Shown piece by piece: positions 42,510 through 55,300 of a stretch of 64,000 bases of DNA. The stretch is from Octopus vulgaris (taxonomy: Eukaryota). The notes below the pieces were generated by a model. That model searched no databases. It saw only the letters and a program-made list of their open reading frames with translations, and had not been told where the DNA came from. Both the position numbers and the translations under genes were made by a program. Location: positions 75,020,001 to 75,084,000 of the forward strand of contig OX597818.1 of assembly GCA_951406725.2 (NCBI GenBank), given 5' to 3'. Numbering within the stretch: the stretch's first letter is position 1; each line of letters starts with the position of its first letter.

Positions 42510-42685
42510 CGAGGTGCGTTCAAAAAGTATCGACTTTATTTCTCCCACCAAAACTAATGCCGCGTGGGCAAAATCCTTTCAGTGGGAGGTGACACCACCC
42601 TTTCTGAGCATTTGAGAAAACTTTCGCAACGGTAAGCCGCATCAGTTCCAGGATGTTATGCCTAGAGTATAGACGTGTAGTGTCA
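42510..42685 (+). mobile_element. mariner left-end fragment
   Basis: TA-cgaggtgcgttcaaaaagt resembles the TIR of the 22707 MITE. Confidence 0.55.
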
Positions 42686-42701
42686 CACACACACACACAC
42701 A

Positions 42702-43062
42702 TATTTGGGTCACCCATAAATAATGCTGGTTTTTTTCAATTGCATTAACTAAAGGTTGGAAGAGGACGGGATAAACTACCTGCATCAACTTGCTATAAAA
42801 GCAGGTAGTAGTTTTATGTTGTACTTATTCTTAGTGCAAGTTTTGAAGAGTGCAGTTCGATTTTAACAGTTATTTTTTCAAAACTATAATGGAAGTCACA
42901 ACGGAATATATTCTTTACGAGTTCAATAAAAACAACAACGCAAAGGAAAGTACGTGGAATATTAATGCAATATAGGTGGGGATCAGACAATAAGCGTAAG
43001 CCAGTGTCAACAGTGGTTCCAGAAATTCCGTGTCAGAAACTACAGCCTAGAAGACAGGCCTC
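42702..43062 (+). mobile_element. mariner 5' fragment with HTH relic
   Basis: MEVTTEYILYEFNKNNNAKESTWNINAI..GDQTISVSQCQQWFQKFRVRNYSLEDRP. Confidence 0.85.
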
Positions 43063-43490
43063 AAAAAAAGTTACATCATAATATAAAATCCATCATCATC
43101 ACGTAAAATTTTAAGCAGGTACGTAAGATTTTAAACATCGTCCCCGACATAGCCAACATTAGCTGGACAAGTGACGCATTTGAATTCTAATTCCCAATAT
43201 ATATAGGAGAATTAGATGTAGCTTAAAACAGGTAAATAAGAAACAAAGAGGCCATAGGGATATAAAATCTAAATTCACCCAAATTAGACACCGATTAATC
43301 TAAGAATCAGTAGACATAGTTATGCCGAGGGTTGTAATTAAAAAGTCATCAGAACCTTAACAGATTTATTTTCAGTGAAAGAAGACATATCACGAAGTTC
43401 ACCAACCACCGTCATCAAACATTGAAGTTATTAACCTTCACCCATTCCTATCCACAGTTACGCACAACAGATTCACGCACACACGCACAA

Positions 43491-43530
<40 letters not shown>

Positions 43531-43555
43531 GCACGCGTACACACAAATACACGCA

Positions 43556-44592
43556 TATATATTGTTGTATTTCGGGACGGTCATTTTTTTTTGCCAAATA
43601 TGCACACGCACTATATATTCGTTCTTCACTCGTTTATTAATGTTCTTTTTCTAAGTCATGTCCGGAAATCTTTCGTCACACAGCGACACTTTCTGTCTTT
43701 GTGTGTGCTCTTGCTCCGATTGTTCCATTCCGTTCTTCAATGATACATATCTTTATATACGCATGCGTTTGCGTCTGTGTTTGTGTGTGTGTATAGATGT
43801 ACGTGTGTACATGACTGTGTGTGTGTGTCATTGTCCTTAATAACGCTATGACGCTCTCCTGACACGACACTTAGACAAATCACCGAGGCTACTCACATAG
43901 CAATTGACAGACCGAGCCTCAACTTAAAACTCGAGTGGGATAATAACACCCACCACTACACCACACAACATGACGACTAAAGACAAAGAGAGAAAGAAAT
44001 ACAGCTACAAACAGTGTAATACACACGCAATAGACAAATATGCACACACCTATGATAGAGATAGATTTTTTAAAAAAATTAATCTATATAGTGGGCATAG
44101 ATACAAACAACATAGGAATCTAACCCATATACACGCACAAACACCCATGCAGTAATTTCACAGACGGCTGCAACAGTATCAACAACACGACCAACAAAGA
44201 CAACAGCAACAGCGGTAGCAACAATGGCAACAACAACTACTACGAAGGCAGCAACGTGGGCGAACAAACAGAGAAATACAGGAACGGTACCAAATTGGGT
44301 TCAAGCGCAGCAGCAACAGCAACAGGAGAGGAGATGAGGTTGAGGGGAGGGTCATACTGATAGTAAGAACAATCGCACACACACACACATACGAAAACGC
44401 ATGTGCGGAGCAGGAAAACACACAAAGACGGAAAGTGTCGCTGAAGAGGTCACAGACGTGTGACGAAAGATTTCCGGACAATGGGCGTGAGTTAGAATAA
44501 GAGCAGTAATAAAAGAACGAATACATAGTGTACGTGTTTATTTGGCAAAAGAAATAAAGAAAATATAACAATCCCGAAATACAGCAATATCT
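43556..44592. repeat. Inverted pair of diverged HHR-bearing repeats (43556-43860 / 44342-44592) around a ~480-bp spacer
   Basis: ttgttgtatttcggga..tgtccggaaatctttcgtcacac..ctttgtgtg mirrors cacacaaagac..gtgacgaaagatttccggaca..tcccgaaatacagcaa. Confidence 0.85.
44436..44480 (+). ncRNA. Minimal type-I hammerhead ribozyme, canonical core
   Basis: tgtcg-CTGAAGA-g-gtcaca gacg tgtgac-GAAA-gatt-TC-cggaca; helix III AGAUUU self-complementary with G-U pairs; UUC site. Confidence 0.82.
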
Positions 44593-44781
44593 GTTTGAAC
44601 ACACGGTTTCACATCAAGAATCTTGCAACACAAATTCATAAACGTATATATATATATATATATATATAATTCTTTTATATGCTTCAGCCCTAATGTGGCC
44701 ATGCTGAAAAGATGTATGTACGCACACATGTGAAAGGGCATATGAAAATTAAAAACTGCGATACATACATACACATGTGCT

Positions 44782-44827
<46 letters not shown>

Positions 44828-45596
44828 TGTATCGGAATTCTAATTGACTAGCAAGTAACTCCATCTGAAACTGCATGTTCAAACTGAAACAATTACATCA
44901 AGGAAGATCTGCTCTAGCCATTAAACCTACAGAAAATCTATGCAGCTTACTTTCCTTAATGTATCGAACATTTGATCTCACAAATGCAATTTTTTTCACT
45001 GACACTGTTCCACTGTAACTCACGACAGGACCGTGTCAACGAACATATCGTATTTGTGGAGCTAAAACTTTGACACGACACGACTTGAAAAGATTTTGAG
45101 CATTTAAGTGGCTAGAACGGTTCTTCCAAGGACAGTGATCACAGATGGCTGAAGATGCTTGATTAAGAGGAAAACAGGATGAAATGTAATCCATGTAGTG
45201 GAAGAACATCAACTCCGACCACTGACACGAATCGCCAACAACTGGAAGAGTTTATTCGCGCAAACAGACAGGCTACAATTCCTGTGGGTTCAATGCATTA
45301 CAGAATATGATTGAAGACTTTGAGTATTGGGAAGTGTGTGCAAAGGAAGGACATTTGCAGTTGATACTCGGTTTGAAGGAGAGATGGCTATAAATCTGCT
45401 CTAATCTCCTGGAAGTATATGAAACCAATGACGCGTTCTTTACCTATCAGGTGACAGACTATGAAACGTCAGCACATGTTTATGATTCAGAAACGAAGGA
45501 TCAGTCTATGGGATGACGCCAACCTCTTCTCCAAGGCCTAAGAATTTCAAGAAACTGATTTGTACAGAAAGTTATGATGCTTGTATTTTTGAGATG

Positions 45597-45851
45597 GTGG
45601 AGGCGCGTTGCTTAGTGGTTAGAGTGTCAGCATCATGATCGTAAGATTATGGTTTCGATTCCTGGACCGGTCAACGCGTTGTGTTCTTGAGCAAAACACT
45701 TCATTTCACGTTGCTCCAGTCCAGTCAGCTGGCAAAAATGAGTAACGTTGCGATGGACTGGCGTCCCGTCCAGCTGGGGAACACATATGCCATAGAAACT
45801 GGGAAACCGGGGCCATGAGCCTGGCTAGGCTTTAAAAGGGCGCATTTATTT
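45597..45851 (+). mobile_element. tRNA-derived SINE with V-domain-like body and perfect 13-bp TSD
   Basis: TSD tatttttgagatg at 45584-45596 and 45852-45864; A/B boxes; gcgatggactggcgtcccgtccag motif. Confidence 0.9.
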
Positions 45852-46157
45852 TATTTTTGAGATGACAAGAATATTACTCTCCTTGATTTTCTGTAAAGTG
45901 TTAGTGCCGTGAACAACGCGCGATAGATTGAAGCACCCAAAGCTTAGAGAAGCTAATAGGAGGAAGAGACCGAATAAGAATTCACCATGTTAATGCCTAA
46001 CCCTAGACATCTTTGACAACAAATCAGACAATTAGCAAATTAAAACGATCAGTGATTTCCCATCCATTGTGCAGTGGAGCGCTCCGACCTCTACCCATTC
46101 GTGCTAATCACGGGTAATATTTGGAGACAACAATTTACTGGCAGAAATGAGATGCAG

Positions 46158-46474
46158 GCTTGCTCTCTGTTGGTTACGACGACGAGTATTCCAGTTGATC
46201 CGACAAACGGAACAGCCTGCTCGTGAAATTAACGTGAAAGTAACTGTGCACTCCACAAACACGCGTACCATTAGCGTAGTTTTCAAGATTTCAGTATAAC
46301 ACAGAATGTGACAGGGCTGGGATTTTGTATTACAGGTGCAACTCATTTCTGTCAGCTGAGTGGACAGAAGCAATGTGAAATGCAGTGTCTTTGCCAAGGA
46401 CACAATGCGCTGTCAGGAATGGGAATCTTACTAGTGTGAGCCGAATGCCCGAACCACAAATCCACGCGGTCTTC
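46158..46474 (-). mobile_element. SINE family C
   Basis: Reverse complement of the 18655 family; degenerate TSD gcagaaatgagat / gcagagatgagat. Confidence 0.85.
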
Positions 46475-47169
46475 ACTGCAGAGATGAGATAAAAGTAGCT
46501 GTGAAGAAGTCGGTACAGTTGTGTACAACTGCATTTTTTTCAAACATGCTTCGAAAGTTACGCTCAACAATTGCGCAATTGCATCGATTGTGATAAACAC
46601 TCTGTTGAGCAGTATATTTGTATGGAGGAAGAATTACATGTACAATTTGAACGACTTGCGTCAACTAATGAAACAGTTCTAACCGTTTTTGCACCACTTT
46701 CGAAAAAACCTGTAAAATGGTGTAATACAATTGTTGTCCAACGTTAAAGAGAATATCACACTCAACAAGCAGGCTACCAATATATATTTAACAGGACATA
46801 TTTTATCGGCCAACCATTATTCACGAAAAGTAAAATCATGATTTCTGGGGTTTAAACTATTGAGAGAGAATGAAAGAGAGAAAAGGAAAGAGAGAGAGAG
46901 CGAGGTGAAAGATATGTTTTTAGTCTTACCGTATGTTTCTAGTGCTTTTAAACCATCTTTCAAAGTAATGATTTCTATCATTGTCACGTGGGCCCTTATT
47001 TTCTGGGAGAGAACTGTCGATTAAATTCACCAAATACTACTACATTGCTATTGAGATTATCAACATACTTGATCCCAGCAAAATTCAAATTCGAATACGT
47101 AATAAGAGGGCCAGTTAAAACATGTTCTTCCAGCCTTTTTCTGAGACAGCCCACTTGATCACTCTGCCG

Positions 47170-47402
47170 GTCTTCCACTCTACTGTTTACCGAAATATTG
47201 TAGGCCAACGGCACGAAACTGACAAGACGGGATGGTTAACCAATTAAATGTAATCCTATACTTCACTGGTACTTTATTTTGATGGACTCAGATCTGCAAA
47301 AAGTTAAAGCTGATTTAGGCAGAATTTGAACTCGGAGCTTAATTGAAGCGGAACAAATACATATTTAGTCCGACAACCTAACGATCCTTCCAATCCACCG
47401 CT
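47170..47402 (-). mobile_element. SINE family A, decayed
   Basis: actggtactttattt..gcagaatttgaactcgg..ccaatccaccgc. Confidence 0.6.
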
Positions 47403-48075
47403 CTTGTTCATCAAAATATTTCGAGTGGAAAGGTGTGAAAGATGAGAGATGTAAGAAGAGATGTAATAGATGCAGAAACGATAAAGATATTGGTTTAAGT
47501 TAGAAGATAAAAGCGAGAAACAGAGAAACAGGAGACAAGTATGATAAATATTGATAGGGGTAAGATGTAGGGGAAATAAGGAGGAAGATTAAAAGGAAGC
47601 AGCAAAATACATAGGAGACGAAATAAGCAGCACAACAGAGGTAAAGGAAGGCGAAGGCGATAAAGGGAAAGAGGGAGAAAAGAAAGACATGAAAGAAATG
47701 CTTCTCGATAGCGTGTATGATGAGCGCGATATTATTTCTAGCAACGGACAGCAATTATACGACGCTATTTTACATGATGTCGAGTATTGCTTGGTAAACG
47801 TCACTGAAGAACAAACATGCAGTGTTGATTTGAAGCTTTATGCAGAGCTACGTGGACAACTGTTTAATTTGATACTATATCGATTCAGCAAACGTATACG
47901 TCCAATAACAGGCACGTTAGCAATAAACACAGCTTTTCTAATAACTTTTCAACTATGGATGGTATTATATTACAAAGACCATACGCTATTGTCGGTATGT
48001 GCAGATATAAACAAATAGACACACCTACATATATATGTGTGTGCGCGTGTGTCTCTGTATATATACATATATCTG

Positions 48076-48121
<46 letters not shown>

Positions 48122-48398
48122 ACATGTAAATAGGTCCAAACGAATGCCTATGTCCGTATATATGGATGTACAAATATAGATATAGACAAATAGATAGAAA
48201 GATAATACATAAATATATACAGACAGAAAAACAGCCATATGTAAATATATGTGTATACATATACGTGTACATGAGCGTGTCTATATCTATTTGAATATCC
48301 AAACAAGAAGAAAGAATAATAATTATACGCGAACAGGGTAAATATTTCAGGTAATGCTGCGATTACTCTGTTTCCACACTGAGCTTTGCTAGTATCGC

Positions 48399-48502
<104 letters not shown>

Positions 48503-48896
48503 GATAAACTTACTTGGAAATGTATGCGTGGCGTTCAATCAAACAATACTATAAATAATATATTTATACATGCATATATGCATAAATATACATATATATA
48601 TATGTATATATATATATACATACATACATACATACATACATACATACATACATACATACATACATACATACATACATACATACATACATACATGCATGTA
48701 TGTATGTACACACAATGCATATATGGGTACAGGACGTCACCAAACAGTAAGCATCATGAAATACGAAAGCAAATGAGTTCAAACAACGAGAGAAACAAAT
48801 GGAAAACAGGACAAGTAACACAAAGAATGACCCTTCGTCAGTTGTTGGCTGGCTATCTACTCCTCATTTCAAGCATTGAAAACAGTTGCTCCCATA

Positions 48897-49276
48897 CGTG
48901 CTAAAATAAAATTCGGGACTTATGGAGGGTCAAAGTTGGGAACAAATACAGGACAGTGCAGACAAACAAAGAAACCGAACGAAAACAAAAATGGAGAGTC
49001 GTTAGAACTAAACGAGGGTAAAAATAGCGAAGGCTGGAGAAATATTTTCTTTGAGAAGAGAAAAGATATAAGAGAGAGATAGGATACATGCTGTCGTGAG
49101 AGAAAGGAAAGACAGACAATCACGTGAGGAAGTGAAAGATGGACGGTGGTCACGTATGGTCTTCTTGCTAACGACCCACCATGTTTGTTTTCGTTCGGTT
49201 TCCTTGTTTGTGTCCATTGTCCTGTTTTTGTTCCCAACTTTGGCCCTCCATAAGTCCCGAATTTTACTTTGGTGCG
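48897..49276. mobile_element. 380-bp MITE with ~110-bp TIRs and TA TSD
   Basis: ta|cgtgctaaaataaaattcgggacttatggagggtcaaagttgggaacaaa..gtcgttag mirrors ctaacgac..tttgttcccaactttggccctccataagtcccgaattttactttggtgcg|ta. Confidence 0.92.
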
Positions 49277-49297
49277 TATATATGCGTATGTATACTA

Positions 49298-49447
49298 TGG
49301 GCTTCCACACACTTCCATCTACCAAATTCACATAACAAGGCCTGGAGCTTTATTGAAAGACACTCCGAAGCTGTCACGCACTGGTACTGAACACGAAACC
49401 AAGTGTTTTTCAAAACGAGCTTCTTACCTGTAAAGCCACATACCTGT
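49298..49447 (-). mobile_element. SINE family B, decayed 5' part
   Basis: ttccatctaccaaattcac..gaaagacact..tactgaacacgaaacc. Confidence 0.65.
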
Positions 49448-49458
49448 GAGTGAGCGTG

Positions 49459-49508
<50 letters not shown>

Positions 49509-49992
49509 CGCGCATATTTCAGTACTTCTGTGCGTGAGTGATTTTGTGTGCGCAGGTGCGGATACTGAAGTATATGGAAAAGAGGAGAAAGTATACATAC
49601 ATAAGTATCTATGTTTCTTCCCCCACCATCTGCACACACTTAAGAACGCACATCCACGACTAAGTTCATACACTTAGTTGCACACATTCAGCGTTATGCA
49701 TATGTACATACAGTGGCACAGACACACACGCTCATAATGTATCCAACCATGTATCTATATGTATTACATAAATACCTCTACATACATATCCCTATAATAT
49801 TTAAAATAGTATTATTATTATGTGTACAAGTGTGTATGGGTGCTTGCGTGCGTGCACATATAATATATATGTGTGTGTGTATGTATATATATATATATAT
49901 ATATATATGTATGCATGTATGCATGTATGTATGTATGTATGTATGTATGCATGTATGCGTGTGCGTATAAGCATATATACACAAATTTATTT

Positions 49993-50040
<48 letters not shown>

Positions 50041-50821
50041 TACATATACATCTGTGTGTGTACATGTTTAAATATATATCTGCGTGTGTGTCTGTATGAA
50101 TGTATGTACGTGTGTATGTGCGCATGTAAGTATTTATTATAGATATTTGACTGAAATACGCTGCCTGAATGTAGTCAAGTATCCATGTAGGCAAAAAATT
50201 TTAATAACCCGATTTATTAACATAGTAATGTAATGAAACGTAAAGCTCACTGGGAAGAGACCCGAGTTAGTCTTTTGTGATGGATTTTCAAGAATTAAAT
50301 ACATTGAGCACGGCGTTCTGTTTCGTTTAATAACTTTGCCTCCATTCATTTTCGATGTTCATTCATTGTTTGATGTTAATTATGTTTTGATAACAACCAA
50401 ATATCGATTTCTACAGTTATTGTGTTATTTCGATATATAAAACTGCCAGAGAAACTACCGTTATCTCACATATCACTACTCCCCCTCCCACACTCTCTCT
50501 CAATCTCTCTTTCCCTCTCTACCTTCCTACTATTCATGTAAAGTCATATAGTGTCTTTTTTATGAAGTTCTCTCTTATTGTTTGAAAACCCATTTTCCCA
50601 ATGATGTTGGAAATGTGTTCAAGATGGCGAGATGGTTATTTTATAGAACAGTTACTAAATGAAATTGGAATTCGTGCTATATTTTCAATATTTTCCCTCA
50701 AGTAAATGTTTGCTATCTCTTTGAAAGTAGTATTTTTTTTCTTCTCTCCAGCATGCTTAAACATCTCTATCATAACGAGCTATAGCAGTTTTATCTACAG
50801 AGAAATTTTGATCGAGTCTCG

Positions 50822-50990
50822 GCTCCGTTTCAACGAATGACTATTCTAGTTGGTCGATTCACAGAGTAAGGTGGTCGTTGTATTGAAGTGTAAGTAATTG
50901 TTAATTTCGCCGGTATATGTTGCACTAAGTCGAATATCGTATCCTCAGTAGAATTTCTGCAACACTGTATCTGACAAGGCTGACTTCTCG
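50822..50990 (-). mobile_element. SINE family C, decayed 3' part
   Basis: Similar to 46165-46340. Confidence 0.6.
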
Positions 50991-51382
50991 AATTACAGAA
51001 ACAATAGTACAATTCCGCGTATGTGTTTGTGTGTGTATACACACACCCAAACACAGAAACACACACATATATATATAATAGAAAGATTGAAAACGATGAA
51101 CCACCTGTGTAAGTCTTCATTATCATTGAAATACAGGGTTATACGTAATATATTATACAAACATGGAGCAATCACATAGAGTACTTCGAGGTTCCCGATT
51201 AGCCACGGGCATGAAGTTATCCGATTTACAATCTGATAAATTCAAGCTCCGTGTGTTGTACATGAGTGTTTATACGTACATATATGAGTGTGTGTCTATA
51301 CATATATACATACATACATACATACATACATACATACATACATACAAACATACATACATACATACATACATACATACTATAT

Positions 51383-51540
51383 GATTCTTTTCAGTTTCTG
51401 TCAACCAAACCCACTCACAAAGCTTTGGTCACCCTGAGTCTATAGTAGAAGACACTTGCCCAAGGTACCACGCAGTGGGACTGAACTCGGAACCATGTGG
51501 TTGGTTAGCAAGCAACTTAACACACAGCAACTCCTGCGGC
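51383..51540 (-). mobile_element. SINE family B, 5' part
   Basis: tatagtagaagacacttgcccaagg..gtgggactgaactcggaaccatgtgg. Confidence 0.88.
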
Positions 51541-51788
51541 TATATATATTTCGAAATGCGGAGTAGATGAAACAGGGACAACTGATGAAGGGGAATATTA
51601 TTTATATTGCATGTCTCGTTTGTTTTTTTTCGTTGTTCGAAAAAAAGTTCGTTTTCTGTTTTTGTTTTTATGTTTTCGTTTCTCATTGTGTTCAACGTTT
51701 TCTTTTATGTCCTGTAACCATATATTCATGTAAATGTACATATATATGTAGCTACGTACATATATGTATGTATATATGCATATATATA

Positions 51789-51825
<37 letters not shown>

Positions 51826-51978
51826 AAGTTGGGAGATGAGTCCAGGTAGATATAATGTATGCCTCAAAAGAGGACCGAAGCACATATAGTATTTCCAACA
51901 ATTAGATTTGTCTTAATATATGATGTACATAGGTTCAAAGAATATAAAACAAAGTTAACAATGGAAAAAAGGTATATT

Positions 51979-52009
<31 letters not shown>

Positions 52010-52056
52010 GTTGTATCTATAACATCCCAAAAATATAGACATCAATAAATGAATAA

Positions 52057-52177
52057 AACATCCTACATATGTTTCAGCTGATTTACTAAGAGCATATCCA
52101 TTTATAACGATATAATTAGATAATTAAATAAGTAATCAAAACAATCTATTGAGTAAAACAACTTCATCAGGCAATTT
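52057..52177 (-). ncRNA. Type-I hammerhead ribozyme with ~65-nt loop II, intact core
   Basis: Minus strand: CTGATGA-agttgttttact..agtaaatcagct-GAAA-catatg-TA; helix III ACATATGT palindromic, GUA site; stem I poorly paired. Confidence 0.6.
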
Positions 52178-52205
52178 AAGTAGTTCGTAGTTACACAATA
52201 TATAC

Positions 52206-52236
<31 letters not shown>

Positions 52237-52354
52237 AACACACACACACACACATATGTATGTGAGTGTGTGTGTGTGTGAGTGTGTGTGTGTGTGTGTG
52301 TGTATGTGTGTGTGCGTGTGTATACAAATATAGGGAATGGAGTAGATAAAATCC

Positions 52355-52441
52355 TGATTGCATATGTTTCGTAATTAGCGGAACTTCAGAAATAGTATTT
52401 ATCCAAACGAGGGCTAGACTGCAAGCTACTCTTCAGGCCAA
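52355..52441 (-). ncRNA. Degenerate type-I hammerhead ribozyme, long loop II
   Basis: Minus strand: ttggc-CTGAAGA-gtag..ttac-GAAA-catatg-CA; U16.1>C lesion. Confidence 0.45.
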
Positions 52442-54229
52442 AGATACCTTGATTACATGAAGATTACATGAACTTTACACGTTAGAAGATCCCATGTTAT
52501 GATATTGTGCGTGTATGTGTGTGTTTGTGTGTGTATGTGTGTGTACATATTCTGCCTATCCAGTTTCACTTTGCACCACATTAAATGACCTAAATTCATG
52601 ACAAAGTCTCATTCCGAAAGTGTTGTACTGTGAAGCCGAATCCATATTCTTTCTATTTGAGAATGTAAGTTATTAATCTCTCCACCATACGCCCAATATC
52701 TCGCGCCTTGAATTAAATCCAAAAACATGTAACTGAGAAAGCAAATATATCATTTTCTTTACTATGCAATCGATCTGCTGTACAGTTGTTTCGAACCCAG
52801 AACCTTGTAAAAGAGAAGTAAATTCCTTAACAATTTCACCATGTGTCATACTGGAATTTTTCACATCAAAACATCGAATTGTTTTGTTCTGTTAAATTTC
52901 AGAAAAACCTTTTATATTTTACATGGACATTTTAATGGTGCTAGTAAAACTAAGCAGATGGTGATGACGTCTTTATCTAGCTAAATTCGCTGTTTTTCAG
53001 TTACCATCAGGTTTTGGAACAGAACACAGCCTTCGTTTGCTGTTCAAAACTTATCAAGAACAGAGAATGAGAGAGATTTTTGACGCATCCTATATATTGC
53101 TATTAAAATGGGGGAACATAAATACTGGTTAAGCTGCAGATTGAATATATATGATATGAGATGATATGATTGACTGAATGGGATTCTATTCGCTTTATTC
53201 ATCAAAGTTCATGTGGTTTGTCTCATACTTTTGTGATTTTGTTAGGGAAATTGGTAAGTGGGAGGAAATATTTAAACGGGAAGTCGTAAGAAATGTTCAG
53301 AAAAAGAAAATGAATGTGAAATATAATAAAATAGATGTATATTCCTGTTCAGATGGTAGAACATCAATAATGGTAAAGCTGCGGGTTAAATCTCTTCTAT
53401 CAGTTAGTTTTGTTCCTTTCTTTCAACTACTGTTGATAAATACAATAGCAGTAACGTACTGGAGTTTGTCGAAATGATTTTAACTTTCACCGACATATGT
53501 TCTGCCCTATTGCAAATTGATACACCAATATATCTGCGTGTGTAAATACAGAATACGCAAAGTGAGGCAAATCAAATTGGCAATCAGCTTGGTTTTGTAC
53601 AAAAGTAAAAGAATAAATGTATATCATATAACTTACTTGTTTAATTCTTCAGTTTTTAAAATTATTTTTGCGGCGGCAGATGAATAAGCGAATGTCTAGA
53701 GGCAATTGTATTTCTCCCACAATAGATATCACTTAGATATAGACAGCAAAGCGCGTGCAGACACAGGCACAGATACACTCACACACATACAAACACACAC
53801 TCACTTGCACATGCATACGCACACACATATACATACAAACGCATGTGTGAATATATGTATATTTTTCTTATAATTTCATTTAAGTCCTTGTTAAGCGAGT
53901 TCAAGCCATAATTCTCATGCATATAATTTGTCACTAACAAAGTGACAAAACATTTTGAGTTAAGAGAGCACCCGCTGTTTGCAAAGATGTCGTTGAATTG
54001 GTGTGTTGGTTGAGTTGTCGATGCATACAACCACGTGTGTGCATCTGTTCACCTAAAGAATTTCAGATGGAAAATCTTTAAGATGTCTTACAAATCTTCA
54101 TTATACCGTCATTTTTCTTTGCTCTTTTTTTTTAAAAAACCTAGTTTTTGTAAGTTTTGTGTATATTTGTAAGTACATAAGCCTAATGCACCTATTAAGG
54201 TGGGTACAAATGAAAATTTGTAATTAGAG

Positions 54230-55300
54230 TACAAGAACTGCAACTTTCGCACTAATTTATCATGAATGTTCTTTTTTACCTGGATTCTTGATGATACATA
54301 TACATTCGCTGCGCATCTGACCTCTATAACGGCGCATGGATTTTGTTCCCTGTCCCACTGAACAATATTAACTCTTTAATTTTTCCTCCGAAATTTTTGG
54401 GTTTTTTTATGGAGTGTTCTACCAGTATTCCTTGTTTTTAGATGTGTGTGTGCGTGTTGGTTCTGACAGGCCTTTGATGTATACATCAGGGCAATCCCTC
54501 CTGTGAAATAGCATTGTAAGTAGTTTTTGCAACTATATCAGGTCTTAGAGGTAGATTGTATCTCGTAGACATTTTGGGGCAGCTGCTGATATGATGGATG
54601 ATATTTTCCACATAGGTATAGCGGAGCCTACAAATTTTTATCAAAACGTGGAGACTTGAAGGTATCTTGGTTTATTTAGTAGATATCTCTTGTTCCTGGA
54701 TAGCGAAGGCATATACTTCAAGTGGGATGTAGTGTATCTATCACTGGACCAGGAGAGGCTACTCTTCCTATCAAATGCTGTTGTTGTCCTCTAGCTTACG
54801 GGATATGTACCCATGCATGGCTTTTTGGTGGTGTGATGCGTGCTTCTTCTTCAAGTTTCTGTTTAAGTAGGCCAATCCAGCCTCCTTTTGATTGCATCAG
54901 GCGGTTGTATTCCTAGAGTACCTACCCAGCAGTTCTCCAACTCTGAAGATGTTGCTGCTCTCACTTTTGAATATGCATGTAATATATTCGTTTCCTTCTT
55001 TGCTGTTCAGCTGAGGTTGCCTGAGTGATACAATGCGACAATCAAATGTTATTTGGGCTAACATTATGCCTTTGCGCACAGATTCTGTCGATGTCGTACT
55101 TGATGTGGAAGTTGCCAGTTATGGTCAGTATCTTTCTAGTTTTGATGTCTAGGTTGCGGATCTCGTCAAGAGACCATTCCAATATCCCAAATTTTAGTAC
55201 TAGCACTGGCATTTCAAGGCCTTGTATGATATAGCATTGTTGAATGCCGATAGCTCTTTAGCTGTTCTGGTTTAATCACAACTTCAACGTATGCAGCATA
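54230..55300 (-). mobile_element. R4-like RLE LINE relic (second family)
   Basis: FGILEWSLDEIRNLDIKTRKILTITGNFHIKYDIDR and DKICRLRYTYVENIIHHISSCPKMSTRYNLPLRPDIVAK (CCHC knuckle + RHD region). Confidence 0.85.

Larger units (their letters stand above)
45000..46700 (+). mobile_element. mariner transposase relic split by two SINEs
   Basis: QVTDYETSAHVYDSETKDQSMG, KVMMLVF*D|SINE|DKNITLLDFL, decayed HPPYSPDL region, C-terminal NCIDCD..SVE. Confidence 0.8.

Noticed and set aside
47689-48018. 109-aa non-repetitive ORF (MKEMLLDSVY..)
   Set aside because: No recognisable motif or splice support; length compatible with chance
51550-51640. ctgatgaag motif (and ctgacgaag at ~48832-48841, minus strand)
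   Set aside because: No stem II followed by GAAA downstream; kept only as a dispersed repeat
52560-52900. Minus-strand ORF NKTIRCFDVK..GVWWRD, possibly LINE ORF1 or an exon
   Set aside because: No diagnostic motif; cannot be assigned
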